A stretch of 64,000 nucleotides of DNA from Paragordius varius (lineage: Eukaryota > Animalia > Nematomorpha), in the NCBI GenBank assembly GCA_964247055.1, contig OZ176057.1:5270001-5334000 (forward strand), given 5' to 3'. Both the position numbers and the translations under genes were made by a program. Numbering within the stretch: position 1 is the first letter of the stretch; each line of letters starts with the position of its first letter. The notes under the pieces are model-generated. The model did no database searches and was not told the DNA's origin. It saw only the letters and a program-made list of their open reading frames with translations. Of the stretch, positions 1-10,924 are shown piece by piece.

Positions 1-2
1 CA

Positions 3-599
3 ACTTTAACGCAAGCTTCCTTGCCCGAAAATGAAGCTACAATTTTAGCTGGGAGTCGAGGTTTTAAAATTCCAATTATGAACTTAAATCTGTCACGCAA
101 TAAGATACAAACGTTTCATCCCTTACATTTCATTGATTTCGCCACTTATGTCAAGATGTTAGACATTACAGCCAATCCCATAGTATGTGATTGTAGATTA
201 GCTTGGGTACCTTTGGCTAAACACTTTTACAAATTAACAACGCATCACAATTCACAAAAGATTAGCACCGCCCCTAATAATAAATTCTTATCTCCTCTCA
301 AAGCCAACAATAAAAATGTTAACTTAACCTCAATCCCACTATTTTACTTTAACCCCGAACAGATTGGACAAATTATATGTCAGGAACCGTCGGAATACAG
401 GGGTCGTCAAGCCGAAACGCTAAATTTTGTTGAGGATTTTAATTGCACAACGATGAGCGCCGAAGATTTAATTCAAATTGTCACAAAAGATTTAGCATCT
501 AATGCCTTAAAGTTGGAAATTATTTGTACTGACTTAAAGCTCTTTTTCACAATACTCCTATGTGCCCACATATTAATTGATAAACATATCAATCAATAA
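3..599 (+). CDS. 3' part of a leucine-rich-repeat cell-surface protein (last LRRs, LRR C-terminal cap, hydrophobic tail); 5' end lies outside the window
   Basis: The frame is open from base 3. LNLSRNKIQ is an LRR consensus, LDITANPIVCDCRLAWV matches the LRRCT motif NPxxCDCxLxW, CQEPSEYRG...FNC closes the cap, and the C-terminus is hydrophobic (LKLFFTILLCAHILI). Confidence 0.85.
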   Translation, partial: TLTQASLPENEATILAGSRGFKIPIMNLNLSRNKIQTFHPLHFIDFATYVKMLDITANPIVCDCRLAWVPLAKHFYKLTTHHNSQKISTAPNNKFLSPLKANNKNVNLTSIPLFYFNPEQIGQIICQEPSEYRGRQAETLNFVEDFNCTTMSAEDLIQIVTKDLASNALKLEIICTDLKLFFTILLCAHILIDKHINQ

Positions 600-898
600 A
601 TTGCATATTTGCAGAATTAAGTAAACCGTTTATTTTGTAATTAACAACCAAAACGATATAAATTTTCGCAAAAAAATCATTACCGAAATATCTAATATAG
701 TATACATTTATTATATTCTATTCGCACTCCCTCAGATAGATATAAAGCATATATTTAGTTCCAATCATTCTCCCACGTTCCCAATCCACGAATGAAATGA
801 ATTCGTTCGATAAATAATAAACATTCTGTTTGCGACCATTTTGTTCGACTTTAACAGCGGTTGGATTCTGGTTATATTTGATCTAAGGAGCATGCATA

Positions 899-1185
899 CA
901 GTAAAAAATAAATATATATATACGGACAAAACGTAAAAATATTAAGACAAATGTTTTTTTGCTGAAATACAACCATAACATTTTTAAGCTTAACCGATAT
1001 AATTCATTGTTTTAAATTGCAAAGTTGGAAATCGACATGTAAATTGTTAGCTCAATCATATAAGTGCATAACAATTAAAAAATAAAACAATACAAATATA
1101 GTAAAAACTAAAGTTTAAAAACAAGTATGTTGTCTCTTAAAAAAATATATTTGACTTTTTTACATTTTGCCTGTAAAACTTGAAT
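899..1185. mobile_element. MITE family B copy (Tc1/mariner-like, degenerate right arm)
   Basis: Starts TA|CAGTAAAAAA...TATACGGACAAAACGTAAAAATAT. A degenerate inverted copy (TTTTTACATTTTGCCTGTA) lies near 1158-1176. Same family as 3387-3675. Confidence 0.6.
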
Positions 1186-2117
1186 TAAATCCTAAAACTA
1201 AATTTTGTTTTAAGCAAATATTAACCGTAGTTTTTGGTCTTTTAGGCATAATACAGCGTTCCACAATATCGTGTTTCCGTGCTTTGATAAAGCAAATGGT
1301 TTGAGTCGCATTGTAATGGTATATGACATCCAATCGTATCTAAATAATTATATATAACAATTTTTTTCATAATAATTAGCACGTACAATAAAATTGAAAT
1401 TATACGGACAAAATGAAAAACCAAATACATTTAATTGCTATAAAACAAAGATAACAACCCTTGAACCATCACTTTGAATTACAAATAGGAGCTATTTATA
1501 AAAAATATAAAAATTTAAAATTGTCAACAAACTACCATTATAATTTTTTCTCAAGTATTTTTAGGATTTTCAATGGTAAGAAACTGTTGGTAAATAAAAA
1601 AAGTATTTTGGTAAAAAAAATAAAATTATTGAATTTCACAATAATTATTTGACATCAATTATTTTTTTAAAATCGGCTGCATGTTTTGATTGTATTGGAA
1701 GGTCTATAAAGTTTAGATTTAAATTTGTAAATCTGGATAGATTGGGTAAGCGCCTTTTATTAAATGTTTGACTTGTTTAAAAATATCTTATATTTTTAAT
1801 CAAAAAAAGCTTTTCAGATTTAAATTTTATTCTTTTCATATGTTACATAAAATGTGCACTTACATCAGAATCTGCCATAAGTTGAGGGTGGGGTAGGACT
1901 TGAAAAATATTTCGTAGAAACAAAAAATTTTCTAATGATATCGAGCCCTTGGCCAATAGTGTATCACCTGAAGTCCTACGGGTTAAATCAAACAATAAAT
2001 CCAGCTCTAGGAACAAACTATCATTAATTTTCTTGATATTTAGGGATTCGCTGAATGATAAAATAAAAATGATGAAAATACGGCAAAAATTGAAATTTTT
2101 ATGGCATATCGCATGTA

Positions 2118-2363
2118 CAGTATAAAATGAAACGGACAAAACGTAAAAACCATAAAGACAAATATTTTTTTCAATAGACGCTGTATTTTTTTTCCTTGAT
2201 TTCAATTATTGTTTTGGGATAGGGAATGTAAATTGGTAACACATTCAATTATTATAATTCTAAATTATAAACATTAAACAAAATGGTTATCTTTAAAAAT
2301 GTGCCTTTTAGTTGTTACGTTTTGCCTGTTTAATTCGATTTGCATTACCGAATACTTGGCTGT
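2118..2363. mobile_element. MITE family B copy
   Basis: TA|CAGTATAAAATGAAACGGACAAAACGTAAAAACC at 2116, with the inverted arm TTACGTTTTGCCTGTTT near 2315-2331. Confidence 0.6.
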
Positions 2364-2387
2364 AATATATATATATATATATATATA

Positions 2388-2797
2388 TATCATTTACAAT
2401 TCAAATTCACCCTTAAACAATTCAAATTCCTTGAACAATTCTTCACCCTTAAATAAAATATATGTTTTTTTAAATTAAAAACTACCTATATTTTTAAATA
2501 AAATTATATTTTAAATTACAATAATACTGAAAAAATATAAACTCTGCCATAAAGATATATTTCAGGGCTTGGAACCGAAACCGCATGGAACCGGAACCCG
2601 GTTCCTACGATATAAAATCGGTTCCATTGGGATGGAACCGACGCGGTCGCGGTTCCAACTTTTTTGAACCGGTTCCAAGCCCTGATATATTTATATTATT
2701 ATAAAGTTATATTTCGAAAACACATTATTTTTAGGGTGAATTTGAATTGTTCGAGGATAAATTCGAATTGTTCAAGGGATTTTAACTTTAAATGGTA
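2388..2797. mobile_element. MITE family A (TA-flanked; ACCATTTACAATTCAAATTCACCC-type inverted termini), here carrying a nested hAT-like MITE
   Basis: Left arm CATTTACAATTCAAATTCACCCTTAAACAATTC; right arm AGGGTGAATTTGAATTGTTC...AAATGGTATA. Related copies lie at 32288, 58470 and (inverted) 62030. Confidence 0.7.
2563..2684. mobile_element. 122-bp non-autonomous hAT-like MITE
   Basis: Perfect 15-bp TIRs CAGGGCTTGGAACCG / CGGTTCCAAGCCCTG. An 8-bp target-site duplication ATATATTT lies at 2555-2562 and 2685-2692, and internal GGAACCG/CGGTTCC motifs are repeated. 8-bp TSDs are characteristic of the hAT superfamily. Confidence 0.9.
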
Positions 2798-3386
2798 TAT
2801 ATAATAATGAATGAAAATTATAAAAAATAGCGAGTCCCTTGTTTTCATATTGGGACTTTATTATCCTATTGTGTTGTGATGCATTATATGTACCGCTAAT
2901 GTAACCTTACCACATGATAAAATTTTAATATTTTTTTGCGAAATCTGTTGTTAAACGAATCAATTTACCACCTAGATAGCATATAAAAATCAGTTTTTTA
3001 CAATTTACAACATATATATATATATGTGTGTGTATAATTGTTTAGTTATTCAAAAACTTATTTATCTGATAAAAGTTAAGAGTAATTTATGAAAATGCAT
3101 ACAAATACTTTATAAAAGTGCCGGTTAAATCCATTTTGGGGAATATTATATTGGTTGAATAACTTCCACTCGTTTTCACGTGTTGACATAATTTTCGGTT
3201 AAGTTTTGAACTTCTTGAAACTGCTTTCCCAAATAAAAAATACATAGACAAAATGTTAAAACATAAAGATAAATATATTAATGTCAAAAGACAACCATAT
3301 TTTTTTATTTAATTTAATTAAATGTATAACTTATCGGTTTAGGAATGCAGATAAAGGAGTAGAAATGTAAAATGGTATCCCAATTA

Positions 3387-3675
3387 CAGTAAAAATTGAA
3401 ATTATACGGACAAAACGTAAAAATATACAGACAAATATTTTTATTTAAAAGAAAACTATACTTATTTAACCTTAATTTTTCTCATATAAGCTATTTAGTT
3501 ACGATTGTAAATTAAAGAATTGATTGTGTAAGTAATATATATTTCTATTTTAGACTTGCAAATTTAAAACAATCAGTATTAAAATAAATCAAGATTTAAG
3601 AAGTATGGTTGTAGTTCAGAAAAAAATATTTGAATTTATATTTTTCTTTTGTCCGTATAAATTCAGTTTTTACTG
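3387..3675. mobile_element. MITE family B, best-preserved copy (Tc1/mariner-like)
   Basis: TA|CAGTAAAAATTGAAATTATACGGACAAAA...TTTTGTCCGTATAAATTCAGTTTTTACTG|TA gives ~29-bp near-perfect TIRs beginning CAGT with TA flanks. Further fragments lie at ~1387, ~4898, ~12075, 13805, ~32920, 35382, ~38130 and ~59100. Confidence 0.85.
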
Positions 3676-4279
3676 TAATATATTTATCGAAATCATAAAT
3701 AAATAATTTATGCAGAGAAATAATCAAGGTTAAAAAATTATAAGAGTCTTTATAAAAATAATTATATATTTTATACAATTTGTGTACATCAACACAAATC
3801 AAAATATTGGTTAGTAAAACAAACGCTATATCTAAAATTGGTTTCTTTCTAATTAATTGAAAATAAAACTGTCCTTGTGAAAATATATTTTTTACTCTAA
3901 GAATATTTAAAACTACCGACTATTAAAAATTAAAAGCATGTTCTTCTGACCTTTATAGCGCATTAAAAATAATTTTATTTAATATATAAAACCGTAAACG
4001 AAACGAAGGAATAATTGATTCACACAAATGAATCTTATACAATAGTATAAGTCTAAGGAACAAGGTTAAAAACATCAAAATAGGTCCGGTGAACACGTAA
4101 ACTATTTCTGCCGGCACATTGAAAATATATTGAATAAAAATTACAGATTACTGAAATTACCAAACATATCAATCTTTTTCCGTGTTAGTAAACAATTATA
4201 AAGGATTATGCGTGCGCCCTGTTAAAATTTGTCCGTCCCTGTTCTAAACTAATATATATTAAACAAAAAATTAAAAATT

Positions 4280-4876
4280 CTAACTTTCAATCGGTTTTAG
4301 GGTCCCATCTGTCGCTTCAGGAGTGTTCACTGTTGAAGTTATATTAGAGGACACAGTTTTTGATAAAACACTGACTACACTTGCTACAATTTTCTCTAAA
4401 CCAATGACAGGCGCTACACTGCTTGAGTTTGGGGACGATCTTTTTTGCATGTTTTTTGGACCTGTTCTAAGCTTTCTTTTTTCAACCATAGCTGGAGTTT
4501 CAGTGTTTGCATTTTTATTTTCAATTACTCTGCTGGTGTTTTGTAGTTTTTTATCCTTTAAAACCTTAGGCTTTGGAGTTTTCTTTGCAGCTCGAGGAAT
4601 AACAGGTATTTTGGTGATGTTTTTTTTGTTAACGTTATTCGTTTTTTTGATTGGAACGGGTTTCGTAGCAGTAGAATTTTTTTTGGGCCCACCAACTTTT
4701 TTTGGTTTGGGAGTTGCTTTATTTATTGATATAGTATTGGGTATAATTGTTGTTTTCCCGTTAAGGTTAGTTTCGGAATCAGAAATCTCAACTTTTTTAG
4801 ATGTTAAAACAACATTGTAATTGACAACAATGAAAAGTATGGTGATTGGGAATATAAAATATCTAAAATATGCCAT
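4280..4876 (-). CDS. Putative secreted Lys/Pro/Thr/Asn-rich low-complexity protein (198 aa)
   Basis: ATG at 4876. The signal-peptide-like N-terminus MAYFRYFIFPITILFIVVNYNVVLTS is followed by a long basic low-complexity body (KATPKPKKVGGPKK, AAKKTPKPK). The ORF is long and GC-richer than the background. Confidence 0.7.
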   Translation of the reverse strand: MAYFRYFIFPITILFIVVNYNVVLTSKKVEISDSETNLNGKTTIIPNTISINKATPKPKKVGGPKKNSTATKPVPIKKTNNVNKKNITKIPVIPRAAKKTPKPKVLKDKKLQNTSRVIENKNANTETPAMVEKRKLRTGPKNMQKRSSPNSSSVAPVIGLEKIVASVVSVLSKTVSSNITSTVNTPEATDGTLKPIES

Positions 4877-5202
4877 GCTATTTAGTGAACCCGTGTACAA
4901 TAAAATAAATATGTAAAGCGGACAAAAAACAAAAATAAAATTTACTATTAAACATCGATTATCAATGTCCCTCTTTATATTATATAATATTGGGATAGGT
5001 ATTTAATAATGTCAAATTTATCAAATCAAATATTGATTTAATAACCTTTCCATCTAACAACCCCATTAAAATCGGCTTTATATCAATACATATTAAAAAT
5101 TTAATACTAAGCTGATAAGCAAACATGTACATTGGATATTTTTAGAGGAAAAACTGTCGTTTTAAATGATATTGTTCGAAATAATATAATAACCCTCTAT
5201 AC

Positions 5203-5260
5203 CAGTGGTTGTCTAACAGGCGGCCGTTTCAATATTTTGTGCAGCCTGCGGAAAGTTTGA
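5203..5260 (+). mobile_element. Possible hAT-type terminal remnant
   Basis: CAGTGGTTGTCTAACAGGCGGCCG resembles hAT-type termini (CAGGGGTGGCCAAC). A related inverted remnant GTTGGCCACCCCT lies near 19002-19014. Confidence 0.35.
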
Positions 5261-5406
5261 AAATCATTAAATAAATATTAAGTTTAATAATTTGTAAAAT
5301 ATGCTATTTTCAAAATCTTATGATTTTTTTAAACAAATTTTCTGGATAGGTCTTCCCAAATTTCGGCAACAAATGAGATATTAGCGAGGTTGTTATGTAG
5401 TTTTTT

Positions 5407-7750
5407 AAATATACTAGGCTCCCTTTTGGTGTGTCGGGCGCACCTAGTTTTTTCCAACAGATCATGGATGAGCTATTAGGAGATTGTCAGGGAACAGCGG
5501 TCTATTTAGATGATGTAATTGTTACGGGGGAAACGGATGAGAAGCATTTTAGAAACCTAACACAAGTATTTGAAAGATTAGAACGAATGGGTCTTAAATT
5601 AAAAAAAGAAAGCTTTTTCAACAGGAAGTAGAATATTTGGGATTTACTATATCAGAAAAAAGTATAAAACCAGCGAGCAGTAAGATTAAAGCCATTCGCG
5701 AGTGTCCACCTAAAGATAAAACAAGTCTCCGTTCGTTTTTGGGCCTTTTAAACTTTCATTCACGATTTATACCTTCTCTAAATACAATTGTTAACGAACT
5801 CCATCAGCTAGCGGGTTCCAAAAAGAAATGGTGTTGGACCGATGTACACCAAAATATTTTTGAAAGGGCGAAGTTATTAATAGGGAATAACAGCCGCCTC
5901 TTCCCTTTTAACCCCAGACTTCCCCTTATTCTAGAAACGGGTGCATCGGGGGAGGGGTTTGGGGCCATCCTGTCGCACAGGACGTCGGAAGGTAAACGAC
6001 CCATCGCATATTTTTCAAAAAAATGTTCCCCAGCAGAGAAATATTATTCGGTTATAGAAAAAGAGGCAAAAGCCATTGTATTGGCCCTAGAGAAATTTAA
6101 AACATTTTTATATGATAGAAAATTTGAGATTAGAACAGATCATAAACCTCTTATCAAATTATTCGGGCAGCAACGTATATTAAGCGAGCTAAACAATAGT
6201 AAATTGCTAAGATGGATTTCAAAAACAACCATTTTCGCCTTCAACATAATGTACTACCCGGGAACCGAAAATCTAGCAGACTCACTATCAGGACTACCAA
6301 CTGAGATAACTGAAGAGTGTGACAATGACGAGGATATAGCGCAGGAGGTCCGGTTGCTATGGTGTCAGGAGTTAAACTTAAACAAGGAGAGGGTGTTTAA
6401 GGAAGTTATGAGCGATGAGACGTGTAAACAGATTAAAGCAGCACGAAACACTCATGATTGGTCTCAGGTGCAGTCCTATAAACCACTGAGAAATGATATC
6501 GAAGAATCACACGGCCTTCTATATCTAGGTGACCGCCTTATTGTGCCTCAAAGCATGAGGGTTGATGTTCTTAATTATCTTCATAAAGGTCACCCTGGTA
6601 TACAGTCTATGAAAGCGTTTGGTAAGAGTGGTGTGTTTTGGCCGAAATTGAACCAGGATATCGAAAAATGGGTGCAAGGATGTTCAAATTGTCAAAAGTC
6701 ACGGTTCAACATTGCAGTAAGCCCGACTTATAAATGGAACCCGAACACCACCGTTTGGGAGCGATTGCATCTCGATATAGCGGGACCCGTAGATAACCTC
6801 TACTGGGTCATACTTATAGGACACTGCACCCGTTGGGTGGAAGTAGCACAGCTTAAAACAGTGAACTCGATCAGTATTTTGAAAGTTTTAGAAGGTTGGT
6901 TTGCACGATATGGCACCCCAGAGATGATCGTAACTGATAATGCGTCGTACTTTAAGTCCGGTGATTTTGAAAGAATATTAAGTTCCTCTAATATCAAGCA
7001 TGTAACCTCTGCGCCATACCACCCTCGGACAAATGGTTTAGTGGAAAGGGTCATTCAAACATTGAAAACGCACTATTATATGTGTTCTGAAGTAGCAGAT
7101 CCGGACGCCGGTTAAACCAGGTACTGTGGGCTTACAGATCAGCACATCACAATGGTATAAATGAGACATTGCACGACTATTCCTAAAACGAAATATACCG
7201 ACACCGCTGTCCTGGAGGAAAGGCAAACCAAAGGATTATATCGATGGTACCTCAGATAATATACGTGAGTTCGTTCCAGGTGAGAAAGTGTTTATAAAAA
7301 ATGAGTTGGAAGCCGGTTGGCGAGAGGGAAAAGTCGTAAAGCGGACTGGATTATTGTCCTACAATATCGAAGATAGAGGGAGGGTTTTACGAAAGCATAC
7401 GGATCAATTAAGAAGGCGAAAGGAAGGTCCCGATTAACTTAAGCAAGACGACCCGAAACAATTGGATACGCTAGACGACCCGAAAGAATTGGAATCGGAA
7501 CAACAGAATAATATGATATTACCATAGCCACCCCATTGCATGGTCCTCCTATTGATGACAATATTAATAATGATGATACCAATCCTTCCCCGGATATTTG
7601 TCAAGATTTCCACAATAATCAGCAAAGCCACAACGGCGATAAGATTGCAGAACCCCCAAGCCTGGAAGTACCAGTCGAGAGACGCTATCCTACCAGAAGC
7701 CGAAAAGCCCCTGACAGATACACAAATCACTTTTAAATTAGATAGGAGAT
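5407..7750 (+). mobile_element. pol: 5'-truncated, frameshifted Ty3/Gypsy LTR retrotransposon pol (RT-RNase H-integrase)
   Basis: RT motifs RLPFGVSGAPSFFQ and VYLDDVIV; RNase H (ETGASG, YFSKK, EKEAKAIV, RTDHKPL); integrase HHCC zinc finger (HKGHPG...CSNC) and core (LHLDIAGP, VTDNA, GLVERVIQ). Frameshifts lie near 5630 and 7110, and conserved Asp residues are mutated to Gly (TDAS to TGAS). Confidence 0.95.
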
Positions 7751-7751
7751 A

Positions 7752-8088
7752 TGTTATGTATAATAACTTAATTGTTTTTGTTAATTTAACTCAATTGATC
7801 TTATTTTAGTTACCTTATGAAAATATAATATTATCCTTCTCTTTTACCTTTGTGCATAATACACCTTTGTATTTGTTACGCTAAAAATGTATATTATCTT
7901 GGTTGTAAATGCTTTCACCTAAATACTGTAATATTGAACCTTATGCAAATATATAACTTGTGAATGCTTTCATCTAAATATTGAAATATTTAACCTTATG
8001 CAAAAATGCAACCTCGCTCTAAAACTATATATAATGGAATATAATTTTTTGTGAGATAGAAATAAATTCCCTTTTTTCGCTTATTACA
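7752..8088 (+). mobile_element. Probable 3' LTR of the Gypsy element
   Basis: A purine tract AGATAGGAGATA is immediately followed by TGTTATG. There are internal short repeats (AACCTTATGCAAA) and AATAAA at ~8061, with a candidate end ...ATTACA. The right boundary is uncertain because there is no 5' LTR to compare. Confidence 0.5.
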
Positions 8089-8849
8089 GAGGTAAATATA
8101 TTGTGGTAATATTTATCTTATGTTTCAATCTAATATGTGCACTATTAAAATTCGGTTTTTAAAGTCAAAAAGGCGTCCGCAATTTCGTTTATGTTAGGTA
8201 TCCCTTCTCTATAAAATTTTTTATATATAATAATATTAATGTTTTTCGATTATATTTATATTTTAACAGGTGTGGTATTATGTAACTGAAATTCTGCAAT
8301 CCATATAATTTAAAAAAACATAGTATTTATGAACTGATAGTAGGGTTTTTTATAAATACAGTAATAATAAAAATTATACAAACGAAACGTTAAAACAAAA
8401 AGACAAAAATTATTAAAAGAGACAACTATACTTTATAAAATCCTAATATTTATAAATAGGGTAATCACTTCGGGTGTCAAAATAAATAAGCGATATACAT
8501 TGGTTGCTTGTCTTGCTACAAAAAATATTTAATTTATTTTCGTTAGATCCGTAAAAAGAACAAAGCGTACATGGCCGCAGTCATCATTACGAAAAATATT
8601 AAATTTTAAATAAACCAAACAAACGTTGAAATAGCTCAAATAGTTAATATATCAACAATAAATACCGAAAATTTGTTAAAATTAATAAACATTCATTTTA
8701 AATTATTATATATGGAATCAATCAGCAAAAATTATATAATTTATTATAATATAATATTTCGATTACTACAAGTAATCTTTGTCAAACGTAAAAATAAAAT
8801 TAAAATATAAACTAAAATTTAAATTATAAAGTAAAAATATTTAATGAAA

Positions 8850-10400
8850 CTAAAAAAACATGTGTGTATTGTTAATAAGAAAAAAATTTGTAATATTATT
8901 AATATTGTTAAGGTCTTTCTTTCTGTTCATTATATTCCCTTCTTTGTTATTATAAAAACTTTCTTTCAATATTCTTTTTGTTTTATTTTCCTCTGTATCG
9001 ACAACTTCGGCATTCCAGTTTATTTTATGTTTACATTTAAAGGCATGATATGCCAAAGCCGAATCATTAGTTTTATTCTTGAAAAACTGCCGTTTTATGT
9101 TCTTTTATCCTAACATCTAGTCCTCTTTTTGTTTGACCAATGTATACACTGTCGCAATCTTGACATTTAATTTTATATATTATACATTGAGAACTAGGAT
9201 TCTTTTTCTGTGAATTTAATAATTTATAGATATTATTTAATGGTTTAAATATTATTGTGTATTTCTCTTTAAGTATTTCTTTGATTTTGTAACTTACGGA
9301 TTCATAGAATGGTATTATAATTTTCTTTTTGTTATTATCGTTGTAAATTTTTTTAGGTTTTGAGTTTAAAATTTTGTTGATGGCGTTAGTGATTAAATTT
9401 TGTGGGTAATTATGTTCTAATAATTTTTTTACTATTTCAGATGTTTGCGAGGTTCTTTTCTCTATACTATTAGGAATTAGTAATGTTCGACGTAGTAAGC
9501 TATGCACAAGGGAGTTAAAACAATTATCCGGGTGGTGAGAATTATAGTTTATTATATTTATATCTGATTTGTAATGTACTTCAGTGGATATTTTGTTATT
9601 GTTTTTTTCTATCAACACATCCAAAAATGTAATTTTATTGTTATTTTCTTTTTCTAAAGTAAACCTTAATGGACTTGTGCAATTAAATGTTTTTAGTAGT
9701 TGTTTAATATTATTTTCGCTATCAATGCATATTATATCTACGTATCTGTAGTAAAAGTAAGGTTCTTTTTGTTTTTGTAAAACTTTGGATTCAACATATC
9801 GAACTGTAATTTCCGCAATTACACTTGAAAAGGGGGATCCCATAGGTACTCCGATTTTTTGATGATATATTGTGTCATTAAATTTAACATATGAATTTGA
9901 AATAGCCAAGTTAATTAAATTGTTTAAAACGTTTATGTTGACGTTCAATTTATCAAAATATGCAAGATTTTTTTCAATAAATTGTTTCAAAGCTTTTTTT
10001 GCAATTTTTATTGGGATTGATGTATATAAGGATACGATGTCTAAACTACACATAATCTTATCTGTAGTATTTATATCTATAAATTTTTCAGTTAAATCAT
10101 AACAGTTTTTTATATTATATTTATAATGTTCTAGTAATGGTGAAAATAATTGGGTTAAATATTTACATATTTTGAAAGTAGGTGAACTCCTAAAATTTGT
10201 TATAAGTCTTAAAGGTATATTTTCTTTATGTAATTTAGGTTGGCCATGAAATGTAGGACATAATTAGTTTTTTTGAAGTATGATCTAAATAACCATAGGC
10301 ATGTTTTTTAAAGTTTTTGACTGATTACTTAATATTTCTAAATTAAATTCTAAGCAGGTCGGTTCAGACCCAAACATACTTAGGTCATTTATTTAAAATT
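8850..10400 (-). mobile_element. Penelope-like retroelement relic (RT plus GIY-YIG endonuclease), 5'-truncated and inactive
   Basis: PLE-type RT motifs FHGQPKLHKENIPLRLI, SLDIVSLYTSIP, GVPMGSPFS, YRYVD-I (one Asp of YVDD missing) and ITFLDVLI. The C-terminal GIY-YIG region IIYKIKCQDCDSVYIGQTKR...RIKEH is frameshifted into ORF 8850-9056. Confidence 0.93.
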
Positions 10401-10924
10401 AGCTAAAATGCGTATATGATAAATATATAAATTTAATTTTGCGACTTTTATTAGTCTTTACATATACGCATTTTAGCTTATTTAAATAAATTTCATAATA
10501 TATAATGCCTAACTTTCTCAATTAATGATATCCTTATGATTTGACAATAAACTCTTGTAAAACGCTTTTAATTTTAAGCTTACGCGTCATCCAAAAAGTT
10601 ACACCTTTCTTTTATTAATTAATCGAAATCGGAAAATCACAAATTGAGAGTACATTAGGTTAAATTACATTTTTTAATGCTTTTCATTTTTTTCAATCTC
10701 TATTTATTGCGTTAAATAAATTTCGTGAATTTGTAACTTGATAAGGGCAAGTTAATCAAACAACGCAAAAAACCAGGATTGTAACAACTTAAATTAATAA
10801 GCTAAATAATATAAATTTATTTATTTTCTGTTAAATATTTCACAAATATTTATATCATATCACATAAATAACTCAGTTTATTTTTATGTAAAAGGCGTGT
10901 TTTGTTTAAAGGGATTAATAAATG

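Noticed and set aside
4323-4820. 165-aa hydrophobic plus-strand ORF
   Set aside because: It is the antisense shadow of the Lys-rich minus-strand gene (AAA/AAG codons read as Phe/Leu).
5804-7809. Small ORFs at 5804, 6800, 7038, 7434, 7536 and 7540
   Set aside because: They are antisense or alternative frames within the Gypsy relic and its 3' region.
8844-10102. Plus-strand ORFs 8844-9113 and 9872-10102
   Set aside because: They are antisense to the Penelope RT/endonuclease.
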